From positions 8,692 through 72,691 of the forward strand of contig VMEU01000003.1 of assembly GCA_007375675.1 (NCBI GenBank): a stretch of 64,000 nucleotides of DNA. The letters are read 5' to 3'. This DNA is from Parcubacteria group bacterium Greene0416_39. GTDB taxonomy: Bacteria; Patescibacteriota; Minisyncoccia; Minisyncoccales; UBA10102. Below the pieces are notes generated by a model. That model was not told the origin of the DNA and made no database searches. It was given only the letters and a program-made list of their open reading frames with translations. A program made the translations under genes and the position numbers. The number at the start of each line of letters is the position of its first letter. Position 1 is the first letter of the stretch. This document shows, in pieces, positions 59,397 through 64,000 of the stretch.

Positions 59397-59427
59397 AAAA
59401 AAAGCCCGGCGAGTAGCAGTTGCCGGG
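59397..59427 (-). terminator. rho-independent terminator after rpoD
   Basis: Minus strand reads CCCGGC aactgctactc GCCGGG CTTTTTTTA. Confidence 0.65.
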
Positions 59428-59468
59428 TCTTTGGAAGAAGGGCTGACGAGACAGGTCAGCCCCTCTCC

Positions 59469-60896
59469 TTATTCGTTGTAGGATTGCAGCTTCTCTGCAG
59501 CGCTGGGGTGCCGGAGTTTGCGCAGCGCCTTGGCCTCAAGCTGGCGGATGCGTTCCCTCGTTATCCCATATTCTCGTCCCACCTGTTCTAAAGTCCATGG
59601 ACGTCCGTCCACGAATCCGAACCGCAGCTGCAGTATTCGCTTTTCCCTCGCAGTAAGGGTTTTTTCAAGCACTTCTTGCATCGTATTTTGCAGGTCTGTG
59701 CGTTCTGCTGCGTCCCCAGGGGTTGGTGCGCCGCGGTCTACGATGAAATCTTCCAGGTCCTTTTCGTTGTTTTCTTCTCGGTTGTATATGGGGGTTTGCA
59801 GAGACACGGGTTCTTGGGAGATTGCCAGGATTTCTTCTACCCTTTCTGAAGGCAGATTCACGGCCTGCCCTATTTCTTCTGTTGTGGGCTCATGGCCATA
59901 TTGCTGGGCCAGCCGACTCTGCTGACGCATGAGCTTGCTGATAGTTTCCACCATGTGCACGGGGACGCGTATGGTCCTTGCCTGGTCTGCAATGGCCCGG
60001 GTTACAGCTTGACGAATCCACCACGTGGCGTAGGTTGAGAACTTGTAGCCTTTGCGGTAATTAAACTTTCCTACCGCACGAATGAGGCCAATGTTGCCCT
60101 CCTGAATCATGTCCAGAAGAGCCAGGCCCCGGTCCTGATGTCTCTTTGCAATGCTCACCACCAAGCGCAGATTTGCCTCAGTCAGCTTGGCCCGAGCTTG
60201 CTCGCCCTCTGCCAGGATGCGGTTAAAGTGGTTCTGAAATAGGAGGTTCAAGCGTTCCCAGTCAACACCTTCTTGGCCTTCAGTAAGTTTTGCGTCCAGC
60301 TGATCCAGGTTCTGGTTGCCCAAAACCTCAACTGCTTCTTTTGGGAGCAGGAGGGTAGCCAAAGACAAGTCTATCACTTCTTGGAGCGCCTCTTGAGGGG
60401 CTATGCCCAAGGATTCAGCCGCCCTCACAACCATGTCCTCATCTGGCTTCCAGTCAATGGATGCCCTCAATTCCGGGATCGTGATTATCTGCTTGAGGGT
60501 TAGGCAGGTTTCTGGGAGCTCCAAGTCTTTGGCTATGGCAACCAGCACAGGAGCTTTCCCAACCACCTGGTGCAGCAATGCAACCACGGTTTCCCACGCT
60601 TCCGGGGCCCGCGTCATTACTAAGGTAAACTGTGCCTCCAACTCTTTGAGATGCCATGCGACGTCTCTCTGGCGGGCCAATACAGGTTCTTCAGTTGGTT
60701 TCAGTAGCTTTACCTTGCCAATCTCCCAAAGATACATGCGTACCGGGTCTTCGAATACCTCCTCGGTGCTGTCGTTTGGCGTCTCCGGCTGTAGATCATC
60801 CAATTCTTCCTTCTTAGCCTCGAGCTCGACTTGAATAGACGCTTCTTCCTCTTCTCCTAGAGGAAAAACTCCTAGGACATGACTATTCTCTTCCAT
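59469..60896 (-). CDS. rpoD: primary-type sigma-70 factor
   Basis: Regions 1.2-4 ([71 protein letters not shown]). GGGAGG RBS before the ATG at 60896. Confidence 0.92.
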   Translation of the reverse strand: MEENSHVLGVFPLGEEEEASIQVELEAKKEELDDLQPETPNDSTEEVFEDPVRMYLWEIGKVKLLKPTEEPVLARQRDVAWHLKELEAQFTLVMTRAPEAWETVVALLHQVVGKAPVLVAIAKDLELPETCLTLKQIITIPELRASIDWKPDEDMVVRAAESLGIAPQEALQEVIDLSLATLLLPKEAVEVLGNQNLDQLDAKLTEGQEGVDWERLNLLFQNHFNRILAEGEQARAKLTEANLRLVVSIAKRHQDRGLALLDMIQEGNIGLIRAVGKFNYRKGYKFSTYATWWIRQAVTRAIADQARTIRVPVHMVETISKLMRQQSRLAQQYGHEPTTEEIGQAVNLPSERVEEILAISQEPVSLQTPIYNREENNEKDLEDFIVDRGAPTPGDAAERTDLQNTMQEVLEKTLTAREKRILQLRFGFVDGRPWTLEQVGREYGITRERIRQLEAKALRKLRHPSAAEKLQSYNE

Positions 60897-60957
60897 GCTT
60901 TTCCTCCCGTCTGCGTTCCAGATGTATAGATAGCGATAAGAACTTCTGCTGTGTTTA

Positions 60958-62067
60958 CTATACCCGTTTTGAGATGTTAAGCAATATTCCCAAAGCAATC
61001 AATTCGGTGAGAAGCGCGGAACCGCCGTAGCTGATGAAAGGCAAAGGAATCCCGGCTAAAGGAAAGATGCCTGTCATAGAACCAATGTTCACCAATGCCT
61101 GCAAGGTTATCCAAAAGGCAATGCCCAAGGCAGTCAACCGTGCAAAAAAGTCTTGCGCCCGTTGAGCAATGACAAAACTTCTCCAGGCAAATGCCAAGAA
61201 CACAAGAAGAAGGAACGCGCTTCCCACAAAGCCCATTTCTTCCGCAAAAATTGCAAAAATGGAATCTGAAATGGGCTCTGGCAAGGTGCCAAATTTCTGA
61301 AAACTCAAGCCAAGCCCCACCCCTGTTAATCCTCCAGATCCTATTCCAATCAACGCCTGTTTTATCTGATACCCTTGTCCCAAAGGATCAAGACCTGGGT
61401 TCAAAAACACCGCAAGCCTGCTAAAACGATAGGGAGCTACGTGGACAAGAAAAAAAAGAAGTCCTGCTCCTAAAACAAGCATTGCCCCGGTGTGCCATAA
61501 GGGAGTAGAAGCCAAGAAATACATCGCAACTCCTGTAAGAGCTAAAATCCCTAATGTGCTGATATCGGGTTGAAGAACCAAAAATACGCTCAGCAGGCCA
61601 AGGATGATTCCAAAAAACAACAACGTGCTACTTGAGCCGCCCCGAGAACGCAATGCCTTCTTTTCTGTTCTGGAGCTTAACCAAGCAGCAGTGTATAAGA
61701 TAAAAGCAAGTTTCAAAAACTCAGAGGGCTGGAAGGAAATTGCGCCAAGAGAAACCCATCGGTATGCTCCTCTTATTTCTCCCCCGACTCCTGGGGCAAA
61801 GGTAAGAGCTAAAAAAAATACGCAAAAAAGAAGCAGAGGGAAGGCAAGTTTTTTCAGCGTCTGCAACGGAAGGAAAAATGCGACAATCCCAAAAAGAATG
61901 CCAGGCAACATACCATACAGCAACTGATGGGAGAAAAAGTAAAACGTGGTGCCGAATTTCTGCATGGAAAACGATGCAGAAACGCTCGCCAAAATCAAAA
62001 TGCCAAAAAATACTAAAGCACAACTTATGGCGAACAATATAATATCTGGGCTATGCGTTCTTTTCAT
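60958..62067 (-). CDS. ftsW: lipid II flippase/peptidoglycan polymerase FtsW/RodA family
   Basis: 10-TM SEDS protein. [13 protein letters not shown]. Confidence 0.9.
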   Translation of the reverse strand: MKRTHSPDIILFAISCALVFFGILILASVSASFSMQKFGTTFYFFSHQLLYGMLPGILFGIVAFFLPLQTLKKLAFPLLLFCVFFLALTFAPGVGGEIRGAYRWVSLGAISFQPSEFLKLAFILYTAAWLSSRTEKKALRSRGGSSSTLLFFGIILGLLSVFLVLQPDISTLGILALTGVAMYFLASTPLWHTGAMLVLGAGLLFFLVHVAPYRFSRLAVFLNPGLDPLGQGYQIKQALIGIGSGGLTGVGLGLSFQKFGTLPEPISDSIFAIFAEEMGFVGSAFLLLVFLAFAWRSFVIAQRAQDFFARLTALGIAFWITLQALVNIGSMTGIFPLAGIPLPFISYGGSALLTELIALGILLNISKRV

Positions 62068-63304
62068 TCCCTAACTTCTTTACCCATTTTATAAACTGCT
62101 CTCCCCTATCTTTATAATCTTTGAACATGTTAAATGATGAGGCGGCCGGAGACAAAATGCAGATTTTCCCTTTTGCGGTATGAAGATAAGCAAACCATAC
62201 CGCTTCTTGCATATTTTTTGCAAAGAAGTGTTTGGGAGGATTTTTTATACTCGCTAAAATCTTCTTTCCTGTCGTAGGAAAAAGAACGAGAACTCTCACA
62301 GAACTCTTCCCTATGTCTTTCCCTAACTTTTCAAAAGAGATTCCTCGGTCATAGCCGCCAGCAATAAGCGTATACACCTTGGGACCCAAAGCTTCAATTG
62401 CAGCAATCGTTGCCTCGGGAATGGTTGCCAAAGAATCGTTATAGAAAGTAACTCCCTTGAACTCCCCTACTTTTTCTAGCCGGTGAGGAAGCGGCTTGAA
62501 GTTACGAATAGCTTGCTGGATTTTCTTTTCGGGAATTCCGAAAAGTTTCCCAATGAGTATCGCGGGCTCTGTCGATGCAATCCATGAGTAGAGAAGCTCA
62601 GCTTCTTTCTGAGAAGGTGAGCTTCTTAAGTTTTTTCCAAACGGAAGTTTCTGCGCTTTTGAACTTTTTGCAATCTTGCAAACATCTGGATCTTTGGAGT
62701 TGTAGATAAGGAAATCTTCTTCGCTTTGGTGCTTCGTAATGTTTGCTTTTGCGTTGGCATAAGAACGAAAGTTTCCTCCATAGTAATCAAGATGTTCTGG
62801 ATAGAGATTGAGAAATACTGCAATATGCGGGCTCAATGAAAGATTGGTTAGTTGAAAGCTTGAGAGTTCGTATACAAACACATCTTCTGGCGTTGCTGTA
62901 TGAAGAAATTGCAGTACCGGAACCTCAATATTCCCAATGAGATGCGTTTTAATGCCCCCCTGTTTAAGAACGGCGTGCACGAGCGAAGCCGTCGTACTTT
63001 TTCCCTTTGTTCCTGTGATGCCAATAATTGTTCCAGGGCAGTTTTCAAAGAAAATTTCAGTTTGTGAAGTAATCTTTTGATTTTTGGTTATGAACGGAGC
63101 AATAACATAGGGAGGCACTCCAGGAGATTTGATGATAATGTCGTAGTTTTTTAGGGTTTTAAGATAATCTTTGTCAAATTTTTGATCAGCAATCCCAATG
63201 GTTTTTTTAGGGAATTTCTTTTTCAAAAATAAAAGCGTATCTCTCCCCTCTCGTCCAAACCCCAAAATGAGGATCTTTTTCTTTTTGAGCTCATCTAACA
63301 GCAT
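62051..63304 (-). CDS. murD: UDP-N-acetylmuramoylalanine--D-glutamate ligase
   Basis: GITGTKGKSTT P-loop. Mur ligase domains. Confidence 0.93.
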   Translation of the reverse strand: MLLDELKKKKILILGFGREGRDTLLFLKKKFPKKTIGIADQKFDKDYLKTLKNYDIIIKSPGVPPYVIAPFITKNQKITSQTEIFFENCPGTIIGITGTKGKSTTASLVHAVLKQGGIKTHLIGNIEVPVLQFLHTATPEDVFVYELSSFQLTNLSLSPHIAVFLNLYPEHLDYYGGNFRSYANAKANITKHQSEEDFLIYNSKDPDVCKIAKSSKAQKLPFGKNLRSSPSQKEAELLYSWIASTEPAILIGKLFGIPEKKIQQAIRNFKPLPHRLEKVGEFKGVTFYNDSLATIPEATIAAIEALGPKVYTLIAGGYDRGISFEKLGKDIGKSSVRVLVLFPTTGKKILASIKNPPKHFFAKNMQEAVWFAYLHTAKGKICILSPAASSFNMFKDYKDRGEQFIKWVKKLGNEKNA

Positions 63305-63322
63305 TGTATCCTCAACGTATCA

Positions 63323-63367
63323 CAAAATAAAAAAATGAGGGAGAGCTTGGTTCCTTTTGCTCTCCCT
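63323..63367 (-). terminator. rho-independent terminator
   Basis: GAGGGAGAGC / GCTCTCCCTC with a T-run on the minus strand. Confidence 0.7.
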
Positions 63368-63435
63368 CTTGGCACGTTGCCCCCAGTGGGCTACATGCCT
63401 TTGCCACGCTTTGGCCTTCTTAGAACTTGCCATGG

Positions 63436-63720
63436 CTACTCTTCTTTTTCCCGCAACTTCGCCTCACAGGTTGCGCAGCCGCATCCTATTCTTTTCTCAT
63501 CCCGATAGTTTTTAAGGATCAGGCAAGTAAGCTCTTTCTCGGTTAGACCGAAAGAAATCCCTATTGCAAAAAACTCTTTCATGCGCTTGAGCAAATCTTC
63601 CCGTCCTCGAGGGGAAAGTCCATCAAGATCTATAGATCTGCTGATCATTTGGAAGGCGTACCCTTGCAGTACCTCAAGATCCTCTCGCATCACTGCTTTT
63701 GGATCCGCTACAGTAAGCAC
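63436..63720 (-). CDS. hypothetical protein (94 aa, C-terminal CGCATC)
   Basis: GTG start 6 nt after AGGAGG. Promoter-like TAGACA-17-TATTAT upstream. GC-richer than neighbours. Confidence 0.5.
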   Translation of the reverse strand: MLTVADPKAVMREDLEVLQGYAFQMISRSIDLDGLSPRGREDLLKRMKEFFAIGISFGLTEKELTCLILKNYRDEKRIGCGCATCEAKLREKEE

Positions 63721-64000
63721 TTCTTTCCTCCTTTCACCTTTTCAGGTTTGGGTTAGTGGATAATAACTCTAGCAACAATACCTGTCTAGTGGAAAACTAA
63801 ACTCGCAGGCCTTCTTTCTTGTACGTGTCAATGGCTATTTTTGAGAATACTTTCAAATCGAGGTGGGAGGAAATGTTTTGCATTCCAAGAGCGAAGTAGA
63901 GGGTGTGTCTTTAGTTTCCTTTGAGAAAGCGAGAGCGCTGCCCTGCTTTCTGCAACAGTACCAACGCACTCAAACGGCTTGAGGCGTTTTTTGCCCGTGA

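Overview
All calls were made by eye from the sequence and the ORF track, so hairpin and promoter coordinates are approximate to about 2 nt. The window looks like a small, moderately AT-rich bacterial genome. Several traits point to the Candidate Phyla Radiation (Parcubacteria-like): gatCAB, no rplA after rplK, LAGLIDADG elements, a pilin-LamG protein and many ORFans. That taxonomic assignment is inference.

Core genes on the + strand: rseP (5' partial), proS, mreB, gatC, gatA, a monomeric PheRS, gyrB, secE, nusG, rplK, dcd, folA-like, a dcd/dut-like gene, tmk, gatB, rnhB, rpmF, nusB, rnc, rpsP, a KH protein, trmD, rpmG, def, mltG, rplJ, rplL, arfB, a Clp-type ATPase and rarA. Core genes on the - strand: thyA, miaA, thrS, dnaE, gltX, murG, rpoD, ftsW and murD. 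There are eight tRNA genes: two with a CAU anticodon, plus Asp, Tyr, Thr, Trp and Val. I found no rRNA and no CRISPR array.

Observations worth a second look:
- A Xer/integrase-type tyrosine recombinase carries a 421-aa LAGLIDADG intein inside its catalytic box.
- A family of ~80-bp AT-rich palindromic intergenic cassettes supplies the stop codon of the upstream gene and a -35/-10 pair 6 nt ahead of the next ATG (leaderless starts).
- GC-richer autonomous cassettes (consensus TTGACA/TATAAT promoter, long leader, strong SD, hairpin terminator) sit between or inside conserved operons. The largest is a ~3.4-kb island splitting rpsP from its KH partner. It holds mini zinc-ribbon ORFs, three tandem TM micro-peptides and two families of repeated RNA hairpin modules.
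- A frameshifted free-standing LAGLIDADG gene is wedged between two tRNA genes and overlaps tRNA-Asp.
- A mitochondrial-type single-chain PheRS.
- A 3.9-kb recQ / HTH / phd-relE / radC module is bounded by a perfect 31-bp direct repeat.
- A GIY-YIG gene next to tRNA-Trp is bracketed by GC-rich hairpin arrays.
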